Notes: a model not told the origin generated them from the sequence alone. DNA of 63,055 nt, filler included, from Octopus bimaculoides (GCF_001194135.2; 7 parts of 6 records of this genome joined end to end with filler, not necessarily neighbours in it); one strand, 5' to 3'; positions 39,433 to 51,656 are shown, counted from the whole stretch's first letter. Program-made: numbers and translations.

Positions 39433-40199
39433 GTAAGTTTCGATATATTCCTTTAAGTATTATGCATGTTGTGTATTGTGACTGGGTACATTGTGATTGT
39501 GTGTGTATTTGTATTGCCAGTGTTATATGTTTGTTGTGTTTGTATATTGTGAGAATATTTATTTGTGTTGTTTGTTGTTAGTGTCTGTGATGTTAATATT
39601 TTCTCTTTTATGAGTATGTATCCATTATCAACTAACATTCACACACACATACACAAACACACACACATGCATTTATTCATGAACTTGCATAGATGTGTGC
39701 ATGCATGCTCATTTGCAAGCACCAATATGTGCAAGCTGATACAAATATTAAATACTTTTGCATGCCTATATAGATACTCTTGCCAACTTTCAGAAGCCTT
39801 CTTTTAATACGCATACGTATGCACACCTGTGTGGCATCCCTGCACACACATACAAACTGATGCACAAAATAGGGATTCAAATGTTTTTCATGTATGTGCT
39901 CTCAGTGTACATGCATATGTACATGTAATGCTTGCATGTACATGCACACTTGTATGTTTTTATATTCATTCTTATTTTCAATCATAAGTTGATGAAGAAA
40001 TGCAAGATAATTTATGTAATTTACAATGAAAACTAAACAAAGGCACTATGTAAGTTGCAATAAGAAACAAGGAATGAATTTGAACAAGTTGAGATGTGGT
40101 AAAGTAGATGAAATAAACTGGTGTTAATTTGGAAATAAATGGTGATAGTGAAAAATGATAAATAGTAAAAGAAAATAAATTGGTTGTAGAAAAATTATA

Positions 40200-41115
40200 T
40201 TCATCATCATCATCATCATCGTTTAACGTCCGCTTTCCATGCTAGCATGGGTTGGACGATTTGACTGAGGACTGGTGAAACCGGATGGCAACACCAGGCT
40301 CCAGTCTGATTTGGCAGAGTTTCTACAGCTGGATGCCCTTCCTAACGCCAACCACTCAGAGAGTGTAGTGGGTGCTTTTACGTGTCACCCGCACAAAAAC
40401 GGCCAGGCTCGAAATGGTGTCTTTTATGTGCCACCCGCACAAGCCAGTCCAGGGGCACTGGCAACGATCTCGCTCGAAAATCCTACAGGAGCCAGTCAGG
40501 CGGTACTGGCAACGGCCACGCTCAAAATGGTGCATCTCATGTGCCACCCGCACAAGAACCAGTCCAGGGGCACTGGCANNNNNNNNNNNNNNNNNNNNNN
40601 NNNNNNNNNNNNNNNNNNNNNNNNNNNNNNNNNNNNNNNNNNNNNNNNNNNNNNNNNNNNNNNNNNNNNNNNNNNNNNNNNNNNNNNNNNNNNNNNNNNN
40701 NNNNNNNNNNNNNNNNNNNNNNNNNNNNNNNNNNNNNNNNNNNNNNNNNNNNNNNNNNNNNNNNNNNNNNNNNNNNNNNNNNNNNNNNNNNNNNNNNNNN
40801 NNNNNNNNNNNNNNNNNNNNNNGGGTCTTCTCACGCACAGCACATTTCCAAAGGTCTCGGTCAGTAGTCATCGCCTCGGTGAGGCCCAATGTACGAAGGT
40901 CTTGCCTCACCACCTCAGCCCAGGTCTTCCTGGGCCTACCTCTTCCACGGGTTCCCTCAACTGTTAGGGTGTGGCACTTTTTCACGCAGCTATCCTCATC
41001 CATTCTCACCACATGTCCATACCAGCGCAATCATCTCTCTTGCACGCCACAACTGATGCTTCTAATGTTCAGCTTTTCTCTCAAGATACTTACACTCTGA
41101 CGGGTATTCACATTG
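40200..41115 (-). mobile_element. RTE LINE 3' portion (RT C-terminus, repetitive 3' UTR, (GAT)n tail), spanning a gap
   Basis: RWYGHVVRMDEDSCVKKC...GRGRPRKTWAEVVRQDLRTLGL...DRDLWK. Confidence 0.9.
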
Positions 41116-42246
41116 ACATATATTGTAGTACAAAAAAAAAAAATTAATAATCACTTGGATTATTGGATGTTACTTGTTACTTGGATGAATGTGGGAAGTA
41201 GTTGTAAGTGGTAGGTTTAGTTGGTGGATAAAGATGGAGGAATGATTAATGATACATGAGTTTGGAAGTTGGTATGAGGGTGTAGATAATGATTGATAGT
41301 ACAGAAGAGAAGGAAGAGCAGCATAATGGCAATATTACAGCAGACAAAAGGAAAATCTGAGAAAGAGATGACATGCGGGTGTATAGGTTGCATAAGAGGT
41401 AAAGGCAGGCAGAGTGCATGGCAAAAAAAGAAATATAAGGTGTCACACAGTGAGACTGAACCCAGACAATGTGGTTTGGTCACGATTTCCATTCAAGGGA
41501 TAGAATTTCCCAGGTTTGATATTATACTTGTGTTTAGGAGGACAGGTAGTCGACAGTAATTATCTGTAGTATCTGACAGGGGTGTGATGAGAGGTTTGGC
41601 TCTAGTATCTGACTCATTTATGGGGGTTGTGGTAGTATCAGAGTCAGCGGCAGTGGGAAATACCCTTGACTGCCCACTGGAAGACTCAATCTTAGCTTCT
41701 ATTTCTATGAGACTCAAAGTACTATACCTTGAAGTTTGGGGCTTAATTTTCTCTCATTTGCAAACAGAGTTCGTGGTGGTGGTTGTGGTGGGGAGTAGTG
41801 TTATGTGCTATTTAGCTTGTACTTATTAAATGCAACTACAACAAGTTTCCAAATTCAGGGTCACAGAATAATATGATTTAATGGTTTTCTATCAAAGATT
41901 ATGTAATATCTATGTTGAAGGGAGAAGTTTCTCTCTGATAGGTTATTAAAGGTCCTTGTAATAGGATCTTTTGTGTTATAAGCAAAGGGACAGTTACACC
42001 AACATATTTGATGCTTCCTAGATTTGCTGGTGTTTTTATTCCTATGACATCCTACTCCCCTAGGGTTTAATATGTTGTTGGACGCTCAGCATTCTGGGGG
42101 TCACCACTACCTCCTTGTTTACCTTTTTGTATCATTTGATCTTAGATTATAGTTTCTATTGCCTGTATGGGTTGCTAATTATTTCCAGACTTATGAGATT
42201 TAGAAGATGTATCAAATGTAGTTAGTCCTTGGGAGGTTGTCTTACA

Positions 42247-43057
42247 GATGCACATATATGCATACATATAGACATACATATACATATGTGTATATATGTG
42301 TATATACATATATGTACATATTTATGATAGGTACACATACATAGATTCATACACATTTGTACACATGTGTATACATACATTTACATGCATACTGACACTT
42401 TCATATGCTTTTCCACATACCAAAATCCATATATGTATATATATGTATTCATTCTTATCACTCATCCATTCATTAGAACTGATTACATGATTATATTTTC
42501 ATTTCCTAATATTTTTTTTTTCTTTTTGCAGATGGAGAGCAACGCCCTCCTTCATCTGGTATGAATTTATTTTAGTATTATCATCCCTTTACCATGTTCT
42601 CTTTGTTATTTTGTTGCAAGTCTGCCCTAATCAAATAGATTTATGGTTAAAAGTACTCCATTCATGACAATCCTGTTGTATGTTTAAAGACACAATTTAT
42701 GTAGGAATCAAATTTATGCATTCATAGATTCATACACATATCTCGTCATCATCATCATCATCATCATTTGACGTCCACTTTCCATGCTGGCATGGGTTGG
42801 ATGGTTTGACTGAGGACTGATAAACCAGGAGGCTGCACCAGGTTCCAATCTGATCTGGCAAGGTTTTTACATTCCACCAGCATGGGAACCAGTCAGGCAG
42901 TACCGGCATCGACCATGCTCATATGGTGCTTTTTATGTGTCAGCACCACAGGAGCCAGTCCAGTGACACTGGCATCGACAACACTCGAATGATGCTTTTC
43001 ATGTGCCAGTCAAGTTGTACTGGTATACTTTTATACACACACACACACACACACACA
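42247..43057 (+). repeat. Duplicate of 35053-35921 (exon A unit)
   Basis: Colinear from ACATATATGCATACATATAGAC to CTGGTATACTTTTATACACAC; both ends run into or near scaffold spacers. Confidence 0.95.
42532..42558 (+). CDS. Micro-exon A2, 27 nt, phase 1-1, peptide (x)GEQRPPSS
   Basis: TTTTTGCAG|ATGGAGAGCAACGCCCTCCTTCATCTG|GTATGA; flanks nearly identical to A1. Confidence 0.75.
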
Positions 43058-43499
43058 NNNNNNNNNNNNNNNNNNNNNNNNNNNNNNNNNNNNNNNNNNN
43101 NTTAATTAATTAANNNNNNNNNNNNNNNNNNNNNNNNNNNNNNNNNNNNNNNNNNNNTGTTTACCATATATATATATATATATATATAGATATGCAGGGC
43201 AGGGAATCGTCAATTAGTAATAAAATTAATAATCAACAATTTTGCCGGGTAGCTCAGTATGAAAAAACCTTCTTCGGTAAAAAATTTATAATCATAAATA
43301 TATAGGGATTGACAGTAACCTGCTTCTCCAACATACTGAGAATTCAGAAATAGCAGTCAAAGAACTACTGATTTCAAAACTACAAATTATTACTCCAGAT
43401 TGATAGCGATATTTTTGATACACACAGAACAAAAAACAGTAGAGAAGAGTAAAAAACACTTGCCTATATATATATACATATATATCTGTATATATATAC

Positions 43500-45590
43500 G
43501 TCGCCATCATCATCATCATCGTTTAACATCCACCTTCCATGCATGCATAGGTAGGACAGTTCACAGAAGCCAGCCAGGTAGAAAAATTACCTTATACTAC
43601 TCTACTTTAGCAGGGTTTTTATGACTGGATGCCCTTCCTAACACCAACCACTCTGCAGAGTGGATTCAGTGCTTTTTATGTGGTACTAGCACAGGCCAAG
43701 TTAGTTTTGACATGATTTCTACAGCTGGATGTCCTTCCAAATGCCAACCACTCTAAGTGTGGACTGGGTGTTTTTTACGTGGCACCAACACTGGCAGGGT
43801 CACCATGTAACTCACAAGACAAAGAATTATGAGAGGGGCAGGGGTATTTGAGTAGGAGAATTCGCGTCAGTGGGCGAAAGGTTAGAGTATGACAAAGAGA
43901 CAGAGAGGTAGAAACAGGTGTCTTGCTATAACGGAAGGAGGCATTGGAGGTGGTGATCCAGTATCAAATGATGAAAATTTAGAGTGTGACAGAGAAATAG
44001 GGAGGCAGAAATAGGTGTCTTGGTATAGAGGAGGTACATGGTTACCCAGTGAAAGGGATAGAGAGATTGAGAGAAAGAGAGAGAGAAAAAGTGAGAGAGT
44101 GACCAAGAATGAGGGCAGAAACAGGTGTGCTGTTGTAGAGGAGATACATGGCTACCCAACCAGAGGGAAGAGCAAGGGAAAGAGAGAGAGAGAGAGGGAG
44201 TAGGAAAAAGAGAGAGTAAAAGAGAGATGGTGATGTGCCAGGGTATATTCGCAAGTAACAATGATCGGAGAATAGATGTGATGATAAAGAAAAGAGAGGT
44301 ACGAAGGTCGTAATATACACGGTCATGTGTTGCCAAGAAGGTGCAAGCAGGGAGTGGGGATTGCAGTAACTAGTGAAAACCTGGGTAGAGGGCAGTGAGG
44401 ACAGGAAAGGGGATTGGAAAACAATCATAGTTCATGAAAAGGAAATGCAAGGAAGAGAAAGATGCTGTTTAGAGATGTAGTTCAGTTTCTTGAGATAGGA
44501 TGTATGAAAACTTTGTTGTTACACGTGGGTGGAACATAACTTTTCTAGCACTCAGTTTTGCAGACGTAGGCAGGTCTTCTCTAGAACCTCATATCGCCAA
44601 ACATCTCGGTCGGTCCATTGTCATTTCCTTCATGAGCCCTAGTATCTTAAAACTAGTTCTCACCACTCCATCCCATGTCTTCCTGGGTCTCCCTCTTCCA
44701 CAGGTACCATCCACTTTCAGTGACAGGCACTTCTTTATACAGCTGTCTTCACACATATGCATCACATGTCCAAACCTATGCACTTGCCTCTCCTGCATAC
44801 CACATTTAATCCCTCTCATACCTAACTTTTCTCTCAACACAGTTGTACTTTGTCAGTCATACACACTGATGTTGTAAATCCAATGGATCATACTACCTTC
44901 ATTCCTCTCCAGTCGATGCATTCCTCTGCAGTCATAGACTATGTCTCACTACCATGTAATACAGCTGTTCTCACACAGGCATCATACAATATGCCTTTCA
45001 CTCTGAGAGTGTCCTCTTGCTGCCTACAAAGGTAGTAGCTCTCTGAACTTCCTCCATCCTGTTCTTATTCTAGAAACAATACTTTCAGAGCATCCACTGC
45101 CTTTACTAATTTGGTCAATGAAACAGCAGAAACTATTTCCTACTTCAAGAGAGCTTCCTGGGCACTTGAGAGAGTTTAAGTCCCTCGTACCCTTAGTGCT
45201 TATTGTTCCAGTGCATCCGCCACACACGAAAGCGACCTTGTCTGTTTTCTTTCCTATGATTCCATTGCATTTCTTATGCATCCATAGCTTACACTTGGTA
45301 CTGCAAATGAAATTATGTCCCATTCCTTTCCTACATACTGAGCAAGGCCATTTACCTGATGGAAGGAGAGTCTTATTTGCTTTCTTGCTAACAACAACTT
45401 TAGTCTTTACTAAGTTAATTTTAATTCCAGGTTTTGCTTCCAAACCCAGAACTTCTCCAATTCTGCTTCAGAATTTACAAATAGAACAAGATCATCAGCG
45501 TACAGTAGTTCCCATAGGTATCCAGTTTTAAAGTCCTCTGTTATGGTCTGGAGAACCATGGTGAATAAGAGTGGACTAGGAACTGTTTTA
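43500..45590 (-). mobile_element. 5'-truncated RTE LINE with a long, internally repetitive 3' UTR
   Basis: LYADD at 45491-45505, then KINLVKTKV, a Cys/His finger, and FGHVMHM...GRGRPRKTW; (CAT)n tail at about 43505. Confidence 0.9.
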
Positions 45591-45599
45591 GCTATATGC

Positions 45600-45870
45600 C
45601 GAGGGTCTAGTCCTCATAGCTGAATCTATATGGGAAATAGAGAAGAAGTTCCATCCATAGAAACTAACCTGAAATTGAGGGGCCTCAAGGTTAATCTGTC
45701 AAAGACTAAGGTTTTAGTAAATTTGAAAGATGACAGGACTCTGGCACCTTCATGGAAATAGCTTCACTCAATATGTCGAAAAGGGGTAGGTATAAACTCC
45801 ATATGCTGTACTTGATATAAGCTATGGCCACACAAGAAATTTAGTGTCAAACTGCGCAGCTAGCATAGAA
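45600..45870 (+). mobile_element. Fragment of a second, diverged RTE copy in the opposite orientation
   Basis: GLKVNLSKTKVLV...SICRKGVGINSICC...LWPHKK with stops. Confidence 0.7.
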
Positions 45871-46299
45871 CATGGATATTAAATGATGATGTTGTTGATG
45901 ACGACAACGACAACGATTGTGATGATATGTATTTCTATTAAATGCATATGTATATATATGTGTATACATATGTGCAGGAACATAGAAATACTTGGATTGA
46001 TGCCTGGGGTTGCAGTAAGCCCTCTGAGAGTGAGGGACCCTGAGATTCTGTCAAGGCATTCCCCTAGGTAAAAGAAAACATACATAAAACCCATGTCTGC
46101 ACAGGGCTGGATATCTTGCTCTTGTTGGACTTTCTCGATGCTGCTTGTGCGAGTCATTGTGGTATTTTGCAAGCTGTACTTAACTATAATATTCACATGG
46201 GCATAGCTGACAGTTTGACATCTCTGTTTGGCTCCTTTTTTCTTAAGTTCAATGGTGATGGGAAAGTGGTGACATACAAGTGTGATGGACTGGAAATAT

Positions 46300-47480
46300 G
46301 TAGCTCCTGACATGCTCATTGGTGGTCTTTGGCAGATATAAAGTAACTTGTTCATCAACTGAGGCAGTGATGACATCTGGTTGCTGCAAAGGTGACTGAG
46401 CAGCCCTTTTTCGGGGTAGCACTGCTTACCAGACATCCGGAGGAATCTATCAACAAGTCAAAACCAACAATTTACATCTCAAGCTGGAATGTTAGAACTC
46501 CAGTTGACAATCTGAGTGGAATATCCCCCAAGCAGTGTACTTCCCTGATCTCTCAAGAACTTAGTTGATACAATTTAGACAATGTTGCTTTCTCTCTCTG
46601 AAGCAAGATTGTCTGATGATGGACAACTTGAAGAAATTGAAATGGTATATATTTTTTCTGAAAATGGAAAACATTTTAGGGAATGGAGAAAGGCAGCTGT
46701 TGGTATAGCCATACGTCAAACCTGGTATCTTATCTAAGTAAGTATGCTACTGTTGAAAGTTAGCTTTGTGTTGCTATCGGTAGTTCATCATGATGATATT
46801 AGCTCAATTCAGCTGCTGCCCATGTATATTTGTCATTTCATCTGCCAGTTTTCTCTGATATATGGCAAAGCTCTCCAAGTCTGGCAATTGCATGTGTTGA
46901 TTTTATACCAATTGAGAGATTCAGAATGGAAACACATCAAAAGTTGATATTAGTCACTGGAGCCTATTCCATGTGAAGTCATGATAGGCCAGATCCCGTC
47001 GATCATGTGGGAAATATTCTTGAAATCCTTTTGGAAGAATCAAAATGTGATGCACAGCAGAATCTACATGCCATGCAGGACACCTGGTGGTGTTGAAATC
47101 TTGGAGCCAAAATGCAAACTGCAGCAGACAGCAAGAAAAGCAAAGAGCTCTACAATTTTATGAAACATGTCTTTGGATCAAAAGCAGCAACTGTTGCTCT
47201 TCACTCTAAGGATGGAAAAAAGCTCTACACTAGTATGGGGATCTCAACATGATTGAAACAGCAATTCTCTGATCTTCTCAATAGATGCAGAGGTAGATCC
47301 TTCAGCACTGTCCAGAAGCCTCCACAATCCACCAACTACTGACAAAGTAAAATCAGTTATTAGTCAGCAAAATACTGGCTATGTGGCTGGTAAGGATAGC
47401 ATCTTTCTGAGATTTATCACTATGGTGGTGAGCACACGGTGTTCCTTATGCATGGGATAATATGCAGTGTCTGGGCATTG
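46300..47480 (+). mobile_element. Decayed RTE (BovB-like) LINE: endonuclease start and pre-RT region
   Basis: ISSWNVRTPVD...SQELS*YNLDNVA..SEARLSDDGQLEE resembles the WNVRT / ELxRYxIDIAALSETR motifs; heavily disrupted. Confidence 0.65.
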
Positions 47481-48299
47481 TAGGAATTAATTTAACTGCA
47501 TTTTCTCAGCCATTTGCTATCTGGAAGATATGAGTCCACTGCAAATTAAGTTGTTTTTTTTTCCCTTAGTTTATTGTGCAAGAGTAAAGATCTGTCCTGC
47601 TTGAATGCCAATATCACTCTGCAGCATTTGCTTGGCCCTTTGCTATCTAGAAGGTGAAAGACAAGAGACATGAGTCTGCCATAAATTGTTAAGCTGCTTT
47701 CTTAGTTTGCTGCACAATAGCAAAGACCTGCTCTGCTTGAATACCAAGATAATTCTGCTGTGATTTAGGTACCAAACTGCTTAAGTAGGAAAAAGGAGAT
47801 GAATCTCCAGAATGTTCAAGATGATGTTCATGGAATAACTTCAGTCTGATTGGTTGATTTTTAGGTTGTTCATGTGAGACTCATATAATCTGATTGTGAC
47901 TTACTCATGATCATGAACTGATAATTTCAGGGTTGAGGTTCAAATCCCTACATATGTTTGAACTAGATTTAGATCCAACTAGGTTGCAAGTTTCACTTGT
48001 TATTTACATCTATAAACCACAATTCAAGCTCGTCAGGAAACCTTAGATATTTAGTTTTAAAAACATCATAATTGAAATCAGAACAGTTTATTGAGATATT
48101 AGATAAATTCACCAGGATCTCAATATTTTTACGAAAACAAGTTGTTAACCATCCTTTGTTGCAGAAGTTTAAGATGTTTGAAGTTTTATCTTTTCTCGAT
48201 AATAATTTAAGACTAAGTATCTAACACTGTTCTTTTAGGACACATTCAATGAATATAGAAAAGGGACAATATTCATTTTTATTAGCTGCCTCAGAAATT

Positions 48300-49150
48300 G
48301 GGAGTGGGCAAAATTGGTAACTGGGGCAAAATGGGTAATGTCTGATTTCTTGTTTTCTTCCTATCTGTTTGAAACTACTACATTGCAAGTATTGCATTAT
48401 CTGTGGTTAGCATAGTTGTTGTTCAGAGTTTGGAACATAGGTAACCAGTACTTCGCTTTCCAAGAAATTTTTCCTCAACTTTGACCTGATTGTAATTGAG
48501 GTTGGTAATAAAATATCTTGATAATTTTTGGTATTTAACAACCAATATTCTTTTCTCTGTTGGATTCCAAGTCAATTTTTACCTCACGCTAACGTCTAAT
48601 CTGAAAATTTTCAACTTTAAGAAAAATTATGTCTGAATCGGGGCAAAATGAGTAATGACTAATTTCAATAATTTCTTTTCTTTAATGGCATGGTGTGCGA
48701 ATATATCACAAAGGAAGTCACTCCAGCAGGTCATGAAGAAGCTATAGAGAATACTTTATGTTGAACTTTTAGATTTAGTCAAGTTTCCTTAATTTCATAT
48801 CATGTGCCATTTTTCTATGATCCTCTTTGATTTGACCAAGATATTTTCAATTTTTGTTGCATTTTGTGATCTTTTGCAGTCTCTGGATGGATTGATGTGT
48901 ATGAGTCATTTTTCAAACGTAATTCTGGAGAATTGAAAAGGCAAAGTTACATATCTTGTCTCACTCATTTTGCCCCAGTTAAATTTGTCTTTTTTATGCT
49001 CAAAGAGAACAGAGATAGTTTTCTGAAATAGTGTTCTGAATATGTCAAAGTGTTTTAAAGCATTTAGAGAAGGTCATTTGCTTAGCTGATATAGTTTTTG
49101 TAAGGTAAGTCAAAAATACAGTAAATCTCACTCATTCTGCCACCGCCCCT
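48300..49150. mobile_element. Probable non-autonomous DNA transposon
   Basis: GGGGCAAAATG(G/A)GTAA motifs at about 48320 and 48640 are mirrored by inverted copies at about 48960 and 49128. No coding trace seen. Confidence 0.4.
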
Positions 49151-51656
49151 TTATTATATAGGTGAAACAGGAGATTTTTAAAACAATATATTCATCAGGT
49201 CATGAACCAAAATCAAGATAGGAATTCCATTTGTGAATTTTATGCACCTTTTGTTTTGATAGCCACATCCTGTAAATGTCAACTCATGAACAATATTCAA
49301 TTAAAAGGCAGCACAGAAAAACAAAGATTGAAAAGTGGCCTTTAGTCACTCTGGAATATTGCACACGCACACACACAAACACACACAGATTCCTTTACTG
49401 AAAGGTGCAGTAAAACAACAATAGTAAGTCATAGTCCAAAACGTCAGATACAAGTTGTGTTCACCGTTTAGTCTACAATTAATTCTGACCATTGCACTTT
49501 ATGATGCAACACAAAATGTGAAAGAAAATTGAGTCAACCATTTAACTTCATTTATTCTGATTGATATGAACAACTAGAGTTGGTTTATTTTCACATTCAT
49601 AAACGACGTGTTTACAAAAAAAAAAAAAACTAACACGAAATTCAGGTAAGTACAACTATATTATTATGACTATTGTTAGAGCAAGGTGACGGGTTGGTAG
49701 AATCAGAATATCGCTAGGCAGAATATACCTTGCAGTGTTTAATTACATTCCTTTACATTCCAAATTAAAATATCACCTAACAACTCTGATTTTCTTCCTT
49801 TCTGTGTTATAACACAAGTTTTAATTGACTATTGGTTGGATTTAATTGATTATACTTTTTCTGGTATACCACCTGTTAGAAGAAATCTAAACCATCATTA
49901 AGAGGATGACTAATTGCAGTATTGCTTTGCAGTATTTAGTTAAAACTCTTTTTCAGTGTTTATGCAATCAAATGTACTATTATTATCATTATGTTTGGAA
50001 GAGTTTCAGATCAACATGTTCACATAGGTTGGAATTTTCGTTTTTCACCATGGCCTTTGGAATGATAGAGAGGGGGAGCATTTTATCAAACAGAATTTTT
50101 CACCTTATCCCCACTTCAGACGGATTTAGTTAGATCTCTCAGGATCGATTTTGACGAATGTTTTATGCTATTAAAACAAGATTTGAAAATGCACAATTTT
50201 TTTCAACCCCACTCCTCCTCCTCCATTGTTTGTTTATAATTTAAATATTGGAGATCCTGAGAAGGTCATTGCTGAGATTTATCCACAGTGATTTAAGAAA
50301 GGAGCATAACTACAGATGTATACCCCACCCAACTTTGTTGCCTCATAACTTCCAGAAAAATGGATACTTTTTAACGAAACTTTCAACAAATCGATTAGAT
50401 CCTGTAGATCGAGTGTTTGTAAAGATTTGTCGGAAAAAAAAAATATTCTGAGGAATTTGTGAGAGGAGTTTCTGAAAATTCACACAACCTGACATTTTCC
50501 CCCTCATAACTTTCAGAAAAATGGGTATTTTTTAATGGAATTTTATACAAATATCTTTCAAACGATGTAGATTACGATTTGTAGGCAGAAAGTTTTGGAA
50601 GGGGTGGGGAGAGTGGAGTTTCTGGAAAACGGAGTTTCGGATCTGACGACCTACATAAATTGGAATTTCTCTGTTTTGATGGGGATTTTTTCCCATTTTT
50701 TTTTGTCAGCACAGTTTTCAGAATGATGGGAGGCATCTTTTCACATCTCTTGATGCTTTTTGATATTTTTCTCCCCATAAACACATTTTATGGAATGATG
50801 ATGCCAAAGTAACATGCGTAGTCCATTGCTGGGATATAAGCAAAGAAAAAAATGGTAATTTAAATTTTTAATCGCACCCCAACTAAGCGAGGCTGTGTAT
50901 GTGTGTGTATAAGAAAAAAACATTTTCTAACAGAAAATTATGCTATCAAAATAAATCATCTTTTACATACCACTTATTTCAAATCATTCTGGATAAATCC
51001 CAGCAACAATCTTCTCTGGCTCGCCAATATTTTAAAATTATATAGACAGAAACAATTGGGGGCAGGGAGTGTGGCTAAAAAAAATCATAAATTTTCACAT
51101 TTTTCTTTTTTTATATAACATAAATGTGTTTATTGGGGAAAATATTGAAAAATATAGATACGTATTTGACTAAGAAAAGAACAAGGAGGGTGATCTTGTG
51201 ATGTGCTAGAAACAACAGCCAAATCTCCCTTAAATCATACACTTATTCCTCTGAAAAGTCAAAAATTTTTTTTAACCGAAAATGTTCCATGTTTTTTAAG
51301 TATGTAATGAAAAAAAAAAGGCCCAAATCGGTCTGACCTGGGGTGGTGGGAGTAAAAAAAATCATAAATTTTCAAAATATCTTAATCTATACCATTTGAA
51401 AGGCATCTATATATATAAAACTGAGAATGTGTGTGAGTGTGTGTGTGTGTGTGTATGTATGTATATGTAAATATATATATTTATGTATGTATATTTGTAT
51501 GTGTATATATATATGTATATATATGTATGTATATTTATGTATATATATGCAGGTATATATATGCATATATATGTATATATATGTATGTATATATGTGTAT
51601 ATATATGTATGTATATATGTGTGTATATATATGTATATGTATGTCCATATTTGTAT

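Larger units (their letters stand above)
37140..39716. repeat. Tandem duplication with ~1.37-1.39 kb period (about 37140-38385 and 38487-39716)
   Basis: Colinear anchors: TGTGGATCACATTTTTCAGG at 37157/38529, GAGTTACTAGAGC at 37608/39002, and TTGAAAGTCTAATT at 38011/39377. Confidence 0.95.

Noticed and set aside
41217-41829. Minus-strand T/S/P-rich ORFs
   Set aside because: Broken by stops, no recognisable domain or splice sites; probably a decayed unclassified repeat.
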